44,849 bases of DNA from a bacterium (GCA_037130335.1 JBAXTD010000003.1:1-44849); one strand, 5' to 3'. Shown: positions 20,333-30,282, numbered from the stretch's first letter. The notes: generated by a model not told the origin, from the sequence alone. A program made the numbers and translations.

Positions 20333-21818
20333 CCCTACCGAAATTTGCATCCGATAATGCAGATTTCACCTTGAAGAACTTACTTATTTGTGGAGTTCCA
20401 AAAGAATTATTCGTAAAAGTGCAACCTAATGGGAATTGGAACACCTGCAGAGCAAGTTTTGTGGCAGGTTTTGATTTGAGCCATATTTTACTAGGCATTT
20501 TAAAATACGGTTCAAGATAATTGACACACTCAGAAATATCAATTTTTTCAGAGGAATGGTTATAAAGTAGCGTATGAGAATTCGTTAGTTCCACATCAAT
20601 AACATCAAGTTGCTGCTTTAATACAGTATCACTAATAATCCCGTCTATATTTTTCTTAATCAAAATGGTTTGTCGTGCATTAAGTTCCTTGATGTGTTTC
20701 TGTAAGTTTTCCGATTCTTTTTGTTCAATTTGATCTCGTGCAACTAGTTCCTCTTTAATAAAACGTCTTAATTTTTGGTAGTGTGCATTATCAAGTGCAT
20801 AGTAATCCATATACCGCATAAATGCATGTTCAAAATTATCTCGATTATAATTACTCCCGCCAGTTCTGCCAAAGCGGTAATATGGAAACTTCTTATACTT
20901 CCCTGTCGACCAACTACCTGTTAGTTTTTTATTGTTTTCATTCACTATAAACCGTCTCAAAGGAAAATCGGGATGATCTGTTATGTGCGGATTATTTAGC
21001 TTACCGTTGCTTTTTAAAACACGTTGCACGTGTACAAATAATTCATTAGAAACAATCGGCTCAAATAACCCTTTGTGCCTTTCACCAAATTTATTTATCC
21101 AACCTGCATATAATTCATTGGCAAATATTTCCCGAAAATATGAATTGACAAGAGGCTTACCATTTCGAGTCAACCCTTCCTTTGTCATTATGCGATACAC
21201 TTCTTCTACAGAACTGGTATTACTTGCCACTATTTCAAATGCGCGAAGAATAAGTGGAGCCATTGTTAAATTTTTACCAATAGTGGCTTTGCCACATACG
21301 CGTATATTGTCGTAGCCAATCGGAGCTTTCCAAACATACCGACCTTCACGAATTGCTTCCTTCATTCCACCGGAGCAACGCTCGGCTCGGATGTCGTTAT
21401 CAAACTGAGAAATGTTAGCCAATGTATTTTCCATGAACCGACCAACGGGAGTGTTTTCAAAGTGCTCTGATGTAGATTTAATTTCCACACCATACCGTTT
21501 TAACATAAGACGGAGTTGACTGTAATCGTCAGTATTGCGTGAAAGCCGATCTAATTTATAAATGATGACAACCTTTATGCTATTCTTTTTACTTGAACAA
21601 TATGCAAGTAGTTTTTGAAGTTCGGTTCGGTCAGCCGTCTTTGCACTTTCACCCTGCTCCCGATATGTTTCTATAACTTCAAAGTCATTGTTTAGTGCGT
21701 ATTCTTTACAAATACGTTCTTGAGTAGCAAGACTATTGCCTTCTTCAACTTGTTCCTTTGTTGATACTCGACAATAGATTACCGCTTTTCTTTTTGATAT
21801 CTGATTTAATGCGTTCAT
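20271..21818 (-). CDS. Large serine recombinase LSR1 (putative tRNA-Ala integrase); C-terminus currently supplied by the tRNA antisense strand
   Basis: YCRVST, ESAKTADR, YKLDRLSRN, APIGY, EPIVS, coiled coil; last 20 aa (VDPSGLEPLASSLQMRRSTR) are antisense tRNA; likely start MNAL at 21818. Confidence 0.93.
   Translation of the reverse strand: MNALNQISKRKAVIYCRVSTKEQVEEGNSLATQERICKEYALNNDFEVIETYREQGESAKTADRTELQKLLAYCSSKKNSIKVVIIYKLDRLSRNTDDYSQLRLMLKRYGVEIKSTSEHFENTPVGRFMENTLANISQFDNDIRAERCSGGMKEAIREGRYVWKAPIGYDNIRVCGKATIGKNLTMAPLILRAFEIVASNTSSVEEVYRIMTKEGLTRNGKPLVNSYFREIFANELYAGWINKFGERHKGLFEPIVSNELFVHVQRVLKSNGKLNNPHITDHPDFPLRRFIVNENNKKLTGSWSTGKYKKFPYYRFGRTGGSNYNRDNFEHAFMRYMDYYALDNAHYQKLRRFIKEELVARDQIEQKESENLQKHIKELNARQTILIKKNIDGIISDTVLKQQLDVIDVELTNSHTLLYNHSSEKIDISECVNYLEPYFKMPSKIWLKSKPATKLALQVFQFPLGCTFTNNSFGTPQISKFFKVKSALSDANFGRVDPSGLEPLASSLQMRRSTR
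20328..20333 (+). repeat. attL core (GTCCAC) at the tRNA-Ala 3' end
   Basis: gctaggGTCCAC here versus gccagaGTCCAC at 44789-44800. Confidence 0.75.
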
Positions 21819-21927
21819 TTTCTTTATGGTCAATAAAGGCCTGTACAAGAATTCGTGCTAAATAGCGCAATGCTATTTCGTCAGATGCAAATTCTACTGG
21901 TATTTTATTGTCCTTTACTTTTTGCAT
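21745..21927 (-). CDS. Small protein overlapping the LSR1 start (possible directionality/accessory factor)
   Basis: 60 aa with an amphipathic helix (EIALRYLARILVQAFID); co-oriented with and overlapping the integrase. Function is inferred from position only. Confidence 0.5.
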   Translation of the reverse strand: MQKVKDNKIPVEFASDEIALRYLARILVQAFIDHKENERIKSDIKKKSGNLLSSINKGTS

Positions 21928-22000
21928 TCTACCACAAAATTCATAGCTGTTAATATCTATATTTTGGACTAGGAAGCAAGGCGAAAAAAGAAGGATTGAT

Positions 22001-22086
22001 TTACTAAAAATGGTAAAGGTTGTTTGAGCGGTTATCCCCTTTTATCACCATAAATGGTAATTCCATCTTCCTTACCATTCCGGTAA
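22001..22086. promoter_or_regulatory. Three copies of a TTACCAnnnATGGTAA-like palindrome between the divergent recombinases
   Basis: ttactaaaaatggtaa 22001-22016; tcaccataaatggtaa 22045-22060; ttaccattccggtaa 22072-22086. Confidence 0.65.
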
Positions 22087-22148
22087 AACGCACTACACTT
22101 AAATCAAACAAAAATCATTTTTTAACTTCACATTGAAAATTTCATAGC

Positions 22149-24068
22149 ATGGAACAGAAAAAACGTGTAGGAATTTGGGTACGAGTATCAACTGAATTTC
22201 AAGTTAAGGACGACAGCCCCGAACACCATGAGCAAAGAGCCAGGTATTACGCAGAGGCAAAAGGTTGGGAGGTTATAGAAGTATACCGCCTTGAAGCGAT
22301 CTCTGGAAAAACCGTCATGGAATTGCCTGAGACTAAGAAAATGCTTCGGGATATTCAAACCGGACGGATTACCGCCCTTGTATTCTCAAAGCTTGCGAGG
22401 TTAGCAAGAAACACAAAGGAACTGCTTGAATTTTCCGAACTGTTTAGAAAATCAAACGCTGACATGATTTCCTTGGCTGAGAACATTGATACAAGTTCAC
22501 CATCAGGCAGATTGTTTTTCACAATCATTGCTGCAATGGCAGAATGGGAACGAGCAGAAATTGCCGAGCGGGTTGCAGCATCGGTTCCCATACGGGCAAA
22601 AATGGGTAAACCTTTAGGAGGTGCAGCCCCTTATGGGTATCAATGGAAAGGCAAGGAATTGATTGTAAACAAGCAAGAAGCTCCGATACGGAAGTTGATG
22701 TATGAACTCTTTGCAGAACACAAAAAGAAAGGGTTGGTAGCACGGAAGCTAAACGAAATGGGACATCGGACACGGAACGGCTCTGAGTTCAGTGATACCA
22801 CCATTGGCAGATTGCTGCACGATAGCACGGCGAAAGGTGTCCGGCTTGCCAACTACACCAAAAGTTTAGGAGACGGCAAAAAGTGGGTGTTAAAACCCGA
22901 AAGTGAATGGGTTCAAATTACCTGCCCTGCCATAGTTTCTGCCGAACTATGGGACAAGTGTAATAAAATTCTCATTGAACAGGAAGAAAAGAACCACAGA
23001 CCCGCTAAATCTGTAACACAGCTTTTTTCGGGGATCCTATATTGTGGCTGCGATGGCAAAATGTATTACAACCCTCACGGAAATTCCTACCGATGCAAAA
23101 CATGCAAGAAAACCAAAATCGGAGTTGACGACATCGAAGAAATATATTTTTCACAAATGGAAATTTTCCTAATGTCTGATTCGCATTTCGATAAGTTTCT
23201 TTCAAAAGCGAAAAAGGAAATTTCGGAGAAAGAAAAATCACTTGAATCTTTTTTGAAAGACAAAAAACGAATTCAGGCAGATATGGATTTAAAAATGGAA
23301 TTGTATATGGCTGGTCAGATTCCCAAAGATCGATTCGGCAGTTACTACAATCCCCTTGACCTACAACTCCGGCAAATTGAAAATTCCATTCCCCAAATCG
23401 AAGCCGAAATTGACATGCTCAGGATAGAGGAACTAAACGGCGATGCGGTAAAGCATGAAGCAAAAACAATGTATGAAAGATGGAGTACCCTCGACAAATC
23501 CGCAAAACGCTCCTTTGTCGAAAGAATCACCAGCCGAATAACAATTGCTGGTGACGAGGTAGCGATCCGATTCCGCTACCATCCCTCCTATTTCCTAAAT
23601 TCGCAAAATACCCAACACAACTTCATACCTGCGTTGCCTTTTTTGCACGTCCAGTTATTTGCTCAAATTCCATCACAACCTATTGAAAATCTGAAACATA
23701 TCGGAGAGCATATTAAAAACCGCCGAATGCAGCTTAAATTATTCCAAACCGATATAGCAAAGATATTCAATGTTTGTGAGGATTCAATCACGGGATGGGA
23801 GAACGAAAGGAGCGCTCCACAGATTCAATATTATCCTAAACTGATTGAATTTTTGGGGTACAATCCCTTTCCAGTTGAAACGGCAACTTTGGGCGGGAGG
23901 ATTAAACAATTCAGGATTTTAAACGGGCTAAGTCAGGAGGATTTAGCTAAAAAAATGGGTGTGAACGAGAGTACAATTTTCTCATGGGAGAAAGGAGATC
24001 ATGCGCCATTTCCTAGTAAGAAAAAATTACTTGAAGAAGTATTAAATCAAAAAGAGCTTTCAAAATGA
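22149..24068 (+). CDS. Large serine recombinase LSR2 fused in frame to two XRE-family HTH domains
   Basis: WVRVST, FSKLARLARN, APYGY, zinc ribbon YCGC...RCKTC, coiled coil; then IGEHIKNRR...QTDIA...ITGWENE and LGGRIKQFR...LSQEDLA...IFSWEKG. Confidence 0.92.
   Translation: MEQKKRVGIWVRVSTEFQVKDDSPEHHEQRARYYAEAKGWEVIEVYRLEAISGKTVMELPETKKMLRDIQTGRITALVFSKLARLARNTKELLEFSELFRKSNADMISLAENIDTSSPSGRLFFTIIAAMAEWERAEIAERVAASVPIRAKMGKPLGGAAPYGYQWKGKELIVNKQEAPIRKLMYELFAEHKKKGLVARKLNEMGHRTRNGSEFSDTTIGRLLHDSTAKGVRLANYTKSLGDGKKWVLKPESEWVQITCPAIVSAELWDKCNKILIEQEEKNHRPAKSVTQLFSGILYCGCDGKMYYNPHGNSYRCKTCKKTKIGVDDIEEIYFSQMEIFLMSDSHFDKFLSKAKKEISEKEKSLESFLKDKKRIQADMDLKMELYMAGQIPKDRFGSYYNPLDLQLRQIENSIPQIEAEIDMLRIEELNGDAVKHEAKTMYERWSTLDKSAKRSFVERITSRITIAGDEVAIRFRYHPSYFLNSQNTQHNFIPALPFLHVQLFAQIPSQPIENLKHIGEHIKNRRMQLKLFQTDIAKIFNVCEDSITGWENERSAPQIQYYPKLIEFLGYNPFPVETATLGGRIKQFRILNGLSQEDLAKKMGVNESTIFSWEKGDHAPFPSKKKLLEEVLNQKELSK
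23613..23636. other. Putative unrecombined attP of LSR2, inside its own reading frame
   Basis: Imperfect inverted repeat caacaca-acttCAtacc-tgcgttg centred on CA at 23624-23625, exactly at the recombinase/HTH junction (HNF/IPALPF). Confidence 0.55.
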
Positions 24069-24078
24069 AGGCTCTTTT
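24050..24078 (+). terminator. Terminator overlapping the LSR2-HTH stop
   Basis: aaaagagctttca-aaa-tgaaggctctttt. Confidence 0.75.
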
Positions 24079-24111
24079 AATTATCAGCTAACTTTACCAT
24101 TATCCTATTTC

Positions 24112-26331
24112 ATGAGAGAATACCATCTATTAGGCAGCACTAATAAGTATAATATTTTCGATGCAAAGCAGTGTCAACTAATATCTATCTTTAAGGTAGA
24201 TATTCTAGACCCATTGTTCGGACTAGAAATGACAGCAACACCTTATTTAAGAACTCAAGGAACAGGAAAAAATGCAAAACAAATCGTCATGAAAAATGTT
24301 TTGTATTCATACAATTTAGGCGATGCGATTAGGGGAAAACTTGTAAAAGACCCTTGGGTTGGTACAGAGGGAGATACTGATTTCAGTCAATTTAATTCTG
24401 ATTCAATTGAAACAGATGCTAGAAAACTACAGTTGGCAGCTTATTTTCATGAGCGAGCTAAAAATGCACTTAAAGAATATGCCCTTGAAAACAATCTTCA
24501 TGTTGTAAAACCTGTAATGTTAGTTGTCGCGAAAGATACCACTCACGCAAGGGAGTTAAGAACTCTGATTGATAGTGATAATTTTCGTGGCGGTGAATAT
24601 ATAGGAAAGGTCATTGAGGTACACACAAAATTGCGAGGAGATGAAGCGGATGAAAATATTGAAAAATTAATTTCACTTGAACAGCCTGAAAACATTGTTG
24701 AAATTGTAATTCACGTTAACATGCTCAAAGAAGGCTGGGATGTTACAAATGTATATACAATAGCACCTTTGCGTGAAGCGGCAGCAGCAATTTTAACAGA
24801 GCAAACAATAGGTCGTGGATTACGTCTACCTTATGGTGAAAGGACTGGTGTTCCATTAGTTGATAGGCTTGTGTTGGTTGCACATGAACAATTTGCAAAA
24901 GTTGTTGCGCTTGCCAAAGATTCACCTCTTATTCAAGGGCAGGTTGAAAAAATTTCATCAAGTGAAGCAAAGGAAGTAAAAGTCTTAACTGAGGTACAGC
25001 CTATAATTCTGCAAAGTGTTGCAAATGAAATAAGAAATAACCAAGTAGTAATGCAAGCTGTTGCAGAAAAAGCTACTGAAATTGTCTCAAAAAATCCATA
25101 CGCTGAGAATATGGAATCTAGCGTTTTAAAAAACTTTATTGATTCAAAGACAAATGAAATTGTAACTAGTTTAACTAAAGAAACTATAAAGAATTTATCA
25201 TTTTCTGATTTTCATGGACAACAACCAACTACTCAAACTGAATTGTCATTTGGTAGTGATACGCTTTTTGGTTCTTTTAGTAAAGAAGCAAAAGATGAAC
25301 TATCAAAGATTGCACAAAAATCAAGTGAAACTATGGAAAAGAGAAACATTTCTATTCCACGGTTAATACTCACCCCTAGTTTCGGAGAACTTTCTCTTAA
25401 TCCATTTGATTTAGATACAAGTATCATTCAATCATATACAAATGAAAAAGCGATCCTTGAGGAGCAATTACAAAATGATCGAGAAAAGGATTTGTTTGGT
25501 GATGACATTCCTGGGCGCAGACGAACTGAAGTAACAAGAATAGGTAGTTTCGGTTCACATAATAAACAAACTCCACAAAACACAATTATTGCTGCTCTCT
25601 TAGATTTTCCGCTTTTAGATTATGATGATCTGGAACAAAAACCCTTGCTTCTTAAATTAGCGGATCAAGCGGTATCTCACTATCGTAAAAAAGCAATTGA
25701 TGAAGATAATTTAGCTTTAATTGTCGAAAGTAACGCGAGGAGTATCGCCGAAGATATTCACAAACAAATATTAACTCATAAGGAATTAAAATTTGAAGGT
25801 TATTTAGAATCTGACGTTGGAGAACCAAAACCTTATTTAGAGCAATATAATATTTCATTATCTCTCGGAGAAAAATCTGTTCGACTAGAATCACAACTAA
25901 ATACGTTTAGTGCTAAATTTTTGTATGGGCAATTTCACAAAGCCTGTCATGGAATGTATCGCTTTGACTCATCCGATGAAGTCCGCTTGGCATACTTACT
26001 TGAACGTGATGAAACTGTAATAAATTGGCTTCGTCCTGCACCAAATCAATTTGAGGGTTTATATTGGCGTGACACAGAAGGAGAAGCACATCATAGGTAT
26101 GAACCAGATTTTGTTGTTGAGTTAGATGATGAAATTGTAATGGTTGAGGTAAAACCTGAAGAGGAAATTAGAACCTCAAGTGTACAAGCAAAAAAACAAA
26201 CAGCTCTTAAATACTGTGAAATAGTTAATAGAAATTTAGGTAAGTTTGGGATTGTAAAAAAATGGAAATATATTATTGTTCCTACAGAAAGAATTACAGT
26301 TACCTCTACTATTTTAAATTTATTAAAATAA
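24112..26331 (+). pseudogene. Type III restriction Res-like SF2 helicase-nuclease, N-terminally truncated
   Basis: Retains motif III (MTATP), VNMLKEGWDV, EQTIGRGLRL and PD-(D/E)xK (YEPDFVVE...VEVK); lacks Walker A and the DExH box; no mod gene adjacent. Confidence 0.75.
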
Positions 26332-26479
26332 AAACAGTTCGGTGCGCTTATGCACTTATCTAAATGATGTCTGCTCCGCTATCGCTCTACAGCCACCCAC
26401 CCGCAGGTAAATCGGAATTCGACTTTATTGCTCGGCAAATAATGCGCCATATCTAAAACAATCACTTGCTTTGATATCA

Positions 26480-26940
26480 TTTTCAATGGAAGCAAAGCAA
26501 GAGATTGTTTTTCCTGTTAGGCATTGACACCATGCTCCCTTGTCGCTTGGAATCAACACATACAGGAGCGGTATGTCACATTTTTTGCTTCTCACAAAAA
26601 AGTCTCATGGCTGCTACTATGTCCTTTAGGCTTAACTGTCCACTCACTTCAAACACACCATTCGATGCGTTTTCATTCGTTCCCAGAGCCTAAAGTCCAT
26701 CCGCAGCCCTCGTATGTGCTCGCCCGCGAAACCACCGGCTGCGTTACGGATTTTTGCTGGCACAAGCCCTGGCTTATTGCCATGCCACGCAAAAATCCTG
26801 CACTGTGAGACTTGTGCATTCGTACCTCATGCTTAACAAGTCGCCCCAGCCGGTGGCACTCGCAGGGGTTCCGCTTCGCTTTACCCCTTTTCGGCGAGCC
26901 ACACAGTGATTGCAATAAAATATTGCAATCACTTTCGCCC
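26480..26940. other. GC-richer multi-hairpin non-coding region
   Basis: Consecutive stems: ctttaggct/agcctaaag, cgcagcc/ggctgcg, ggatttttgc/gcaaaaatcc (26748-26798), gacttgt/acaagtc, and perfect agtgattgcaata/tattgcaatcact (26905-26933). Confidence 0.6.
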
Positions 26941-26999
26941 ACCCACAGCCGCAGGCGCTTTTACCTCCATGATATTACTAGCCAAGTTTTAAAAATAGA

Positions 27000-27059
27000 G
27001 GGGGTGTTTTTCCCGGTACGCGGGGGTGTTTTTCCCCTATAAATACGGGGTATTTCCCC
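27000..27059 (+). repeat. Direct repeats GGGGGTGTTTTTCCC x2 (22-bp period) plus a degenerate third copy
   Basis: 27000-27014, 27022-27036 and ggggtatttcccc 27047-27059, upstream of ATG 27130. Confidence 0.75.
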
Positions 27060-27129
27060 TACCACAGGGAGAATATTAAGCTTACTTTACACGACGGAGC
27101 GAGATTTTTTTCCACTTAAAGATTATAAT

Positions 27130-29691
27130 ATGGCTGTGAGCACTGCAACAAAACGAAATATTGTTGACTTCCTATGGGAATGGGGGGAATCAAATGGAGA
27201 ATGGGGTAAACTATTGATCTCAAAAATAATCGGCACAGAAACAAATCTGACGATTGAAGACAAAAAGGAGGTCTTTGATTATTTCTTGCAGTCAATTAAA
27301 CTTAAATCCGGATTGCCTGACTTGGCAATTAAAAAACCTGTCTATTCCCCTTCCACCAAAAAGATCGATATCATTTCACTTTCTGAAGTAAAAGGTGTAA
27401 ATAAATTGGCACTGGATCAGACCATCACATTCGCTGATAACATAACTGTGATCTACGGCGAAAATGGCTCTGGTAAAACTGGATACGGTCGGATCTTGAA
27501 GGCCTTAGGCTATAGCTATGAACTTTACAACAATATTTTGTGCGATATTACTAAACCTCAAGAACCGCAAACGGCTACAATTAAATATAGAGTTGATGGT
27601 GTTGATGGAGAATTTAACTGGGATGGCAAGGCAAAAAATAGTTCGTTAGAAAATATTTCAATCTTCAATAACAATTGCGTTCAAATATCTCTTGCTGATC
27701 GAGGGTTACTTGTCTCACCAATCGGATTTCATTTATTTAATCTTGTCTCTGATGAATTAGGATATTTAGCAAGACTGTGGCAAGAAACTATTGATAAATA
27801 CCCAACGCTGCTCCTTTGGGCAACCAACCTTCACCCTGGTACACTACAAGAAAATTTCATCTCTAATTTAAAGGGGAATTCAAGCCTGCCTAGACTGACA
27901 GAAATTTCAACTTTTGACGATGGTCATAAAACGAGCTTAGCCGATTGCGAGTTAGAGTTAAAGAACCTGAACAAGGCTTTACTTGAAAAAGAGTTGGCAA
28001 ATTTCAGAACCCAACTTGGTGAAATAGATGTAATCCTTGGCAAAGTCCTGAAAGCACAGAAAGCATTGAATGAAAATACTTGGGTAAACTTAGTCACACT
28101 CAATAAACAGTTACATGACTTAGAAGCCAAAACAAAAGTTGGGTTAAAGGAGATTGCTGAAACCAATAACATTGACTTTTATTTATCCAAAGAGTTCCAA
28201 GCCTTTATAAAAGCAGCAGATGAATACATTAAAATATTAAACAAGGACGATTACCCGAAAGGAGAATCTGAAACTTGTGTGTATTGCAAACAAGAATTGA
28301 AAACTGAGAATTCCATAGCGCTTCTAAGGAGCTACCGGAAGTTGTTAAATGACAACACGCAAGAGCTAATTAAAAAAGCTAAAGATTCAAAGACATCCAT
28401 TATTCAACTCATAGCTGCTATCGAAGTCCCATTAATTTTTCACCAAGATACATTTGGACGTGATTCGGACGGAAAAATTGTCCAACCCGAGGGCATTAGT
28501 AAATATAATAAACTTCTTGCCAGTTGGAAAGCGATTGTTGACAAGGGAGAGTTTGATGAAATAAAATTCGATCTTGATTATACTGAATACATTACCTTCT
28601 TAGAGTCAAGAAAAACAAAAACCGAGGAGGCGATCAAGCTAAAAATCCATACAATTGATAATATTTCTATCAAAGAAAAAGAGCTCATTGCGAAAATTAA
28701 TGAGTTAAAAGATAGAGAATTTCTTTCAACAAGAACCGAGGATGTAAAAAAGGCTATAGCAAACAAAGTAATAGTTTCAACTCTTTTGAATCATAAATCT
28801 AGTTTCTCGACAAACACCATAAGCAGGAAAACTACTGAAGCTAGAGAGGAGTTGGTACAAACAGAATTTAATAAGTATTTTACTGAAGAACTAAAAGCTC
28901 TTAGGAAGTCAAATATTAAAATTGAATTGACCTTCGGAACTTCGAAAGGAAATTCACGACTTCAACAGCGAATAAACACATCATATATTCTCTCCGACAT
29001 TTTGAGCGAAGGAGAACAAAAAGCAATCGCTCTGGCAGAATTTCTTACCGAATTACAGCTTGATAAATCAAAATCCCCCGTTATTTTTGACGACCCCGTA
29101 AATAGTTTAGACCATCATATCATAGAAGACGTTTCAAGAAGGTTACTCACATTATCGAGGTCAAGGCAGGTAATAATTTTCACTCACAGCATTCTACTTT
29201 TTAATAGTATAATGCACAATTGCAAACTAGCGACTTACAAAGACCTACAGAAAATTCTCTATGATATACGATCGGAATACGGACTGACTGGGGTAATATC
29301 TATTACTGATGCCGATATAGATCAAGTCAAAAAACCAGTAGTTAAAATCCGAACGTTATTGAATAATTTGCCGAAAGGACGAAGAGAGAATGATGTTGCA
29401 GCAGAAGGTTTCGGTGAGCTACGTGCAGCCATTGAATTATTGGTAGAGCATCACATTTTCAGAGGTACAGTAAAACGCTATCAGCCTAATATTGCGCTGA
29501 CAAACTTTATTAAAGTCGATGGTTTATTGGTAAATAAAAACAAAGATAAACTCAATGAGATTTACGAAAGATGTTGCAGATATACAAATGCACATAGTAA
29601 TCCTGAAGAAGTAATTACTCAACCGACTGTTGCAGAACTAAAACTTGATTTTGATGAATTTGAGACTATCCATAAACAGTTTCCAATATAA
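27130..29691 (+). CDS. RloC-like Rad50/ABC ATPase with zinc hook and C-terminal HEPN-like domain (putative anti-phage)
   Basis: Walker A GENGSGKT, coiled coil with CVYC, signature LSEGE, Walker B/D-loop IFDDPVNSLD, H-switch IFTH, C-terminal RYTNAH (Rx4H). Confidence 0.75.
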   Translation: MAVSTATKRNIVDFLWEWGESNGEWGKLLISKIIGTETNLTIEDKKEVFDYFLQSIKLKSGLPDLAIKKPVYSPSTKKIDIISLSEVKGVNKLALDQTITFADNITVIYGENGSGKTGYGRILKALGYSYELYNNILCDITKPQEPQTATIKYRVDGVDGEFNWDGKAKNSSLENISIFNNNCVQISLADRGLLVSPIGFHLFNLVSDELGYLARLWQETIDKYPTLLLWATNLHPGTLQENFISNLKGNSSLPRLTEISTFDDGHKTSLADCELELKNLNKALLEKELANFRTQLGEIDVILGKVLKAQKALNENTWVNLVTLNKQLHDLEAKTKVGLKEIAETNNIDFYLSKEFQAFIKAADEYIKILNKDDYPKGESETCVYCKQELKTENSIALLRSYRKLLNDNTQELIKKAKDSKTSIIQLIAAIEVPLIFHQDTFGRDSDGKIVQPEGISKYNKLLASWKAIVDKGEFDEIKFDLDYTEYITFLESRKTKTEEAIKLKIHTIDNISIKEKELIAKINELKDREFLSTRTEDVKKAIANKVIVSTLLNHKSSFSTNTISRKTTEAREELVQTEFNKYFTEELKALRKSNIKIELTFGTSKGNSRLQQRINTSYILSDILSEGEQKAIALAEFLTELQLDKSKSPVIFDDPVNSLDHHIIEDVSRRLLTLSRSRQVIIFTHSILLFNSIMHNCKLATYKDLQKILYDIRSEYGLTGVISITDADIDQVKKPVVKIRTLLNNLPKGRRENDVAAEGFGELRAAIELLVEHHIFRGTVKRYQPNIALTNFIKVDGLLVNKNKDKLNEIYERCCRYTNAHSNPEEVITQPTVAELKLDFDEFETIHKQFPI

Positions 29692-29721
29692 ATTTTTCAT
29701 TCAACTCACTTGAACGGTAAA

Positions 29722-30282
29722 TTAGTACATGCCAAGAAGTGGCTGTAATTCTGTGGCAATTTGTGACTCAAAATAAAGGACTGAATCTTTAAATTCTTTT
29801 GGCAACATCATACAGGTAAGTTCGAGTTTAAGGCTAATTTTTTTAGCCCAATGGCATAGCTGCAATCCATGATTTTCCGGCCGTAGATTATATCCAAGAT
29901 GCGAAATCATTCTGCTACGGAGATCGCTTCGCACCTTGCCTACATACAGCACTTTTGTCGGGTGGCTAAGTTTTTTCTGAGCGGGAAATCTTCTTTGCAC
30001 CTTTTGCCGAGCCTCCGATATGGCATCGTAGACTTGTTTAAAGCCGTGGTATGAGATTATCGTAAACCAGTACACCGCAGGGTTTCCCTGATTGTGCAGC
30101 GCATGAAAAAAATCTCTCAGCGCAAGATGTTTACAAACACCCGCTATCTCGCTTGCATCCGGTAGCCTGGAACAATCTAGATTTACCTTTATTCTTTTCT
30201 GAAATTGATGCCAATCTAATGTTGGGTTCGTCTCCTCTAAAACTGGAGAGATAAAATTCCGTTCTAACGTTCCTAGTTCCAT
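29722..30282 (-). CDS. GIY-YIG-like nuclease
   Basis: AVYWF...VLYVGK...LRSRMISH...FESQI...P pattern. Confidence 0.6.
   Translation of the reverse strand: MELGTLERNFISPVLEETNPTLDWHQFQKRIKVNLDCSRLPDASEIAGVCKHLALRDFFHALHNQGNPAVYWFTIISYHGFKQVYDAISEARQKVQRRFPAQKKLSHPTKVLYVGKVRSDLRSRMISHLGYNLRPENHGLQLCHWAKKISLKLELTCMMLPKEFKDSVLYFESQIATELQPLLGMY

Noticed and set aside
1-20333. Alternative genetic code 25 (Gracilibacteria/Absconditabacteria)
   Set aside because: Conserved genes translate full length in code 11 without internal TGA
20260-20335. Long tRNA 3'-end duplication typical of tyrosine integrases
   Set aside because: Only a 6-bp exact core (10 of 12 with flanks) is found at the far end, which fits a serine recombinase; GTCCAC alone occurs elsewhere by chance, so the attR call rests on the reading frame and terminator context
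26480-26940. Group II intron or retron ncRNA
   Set aside because: I could not identify a domain V or GUGYG boundary, and no RT gene is adjacent
26505-27042. Four short overlapping ORFs in the structured region
   Set aside because: They overlap in several frames, have atypical Cys/Arg/Pro-rich composition and no motifs; better explained by GC-richer non-coding DNA
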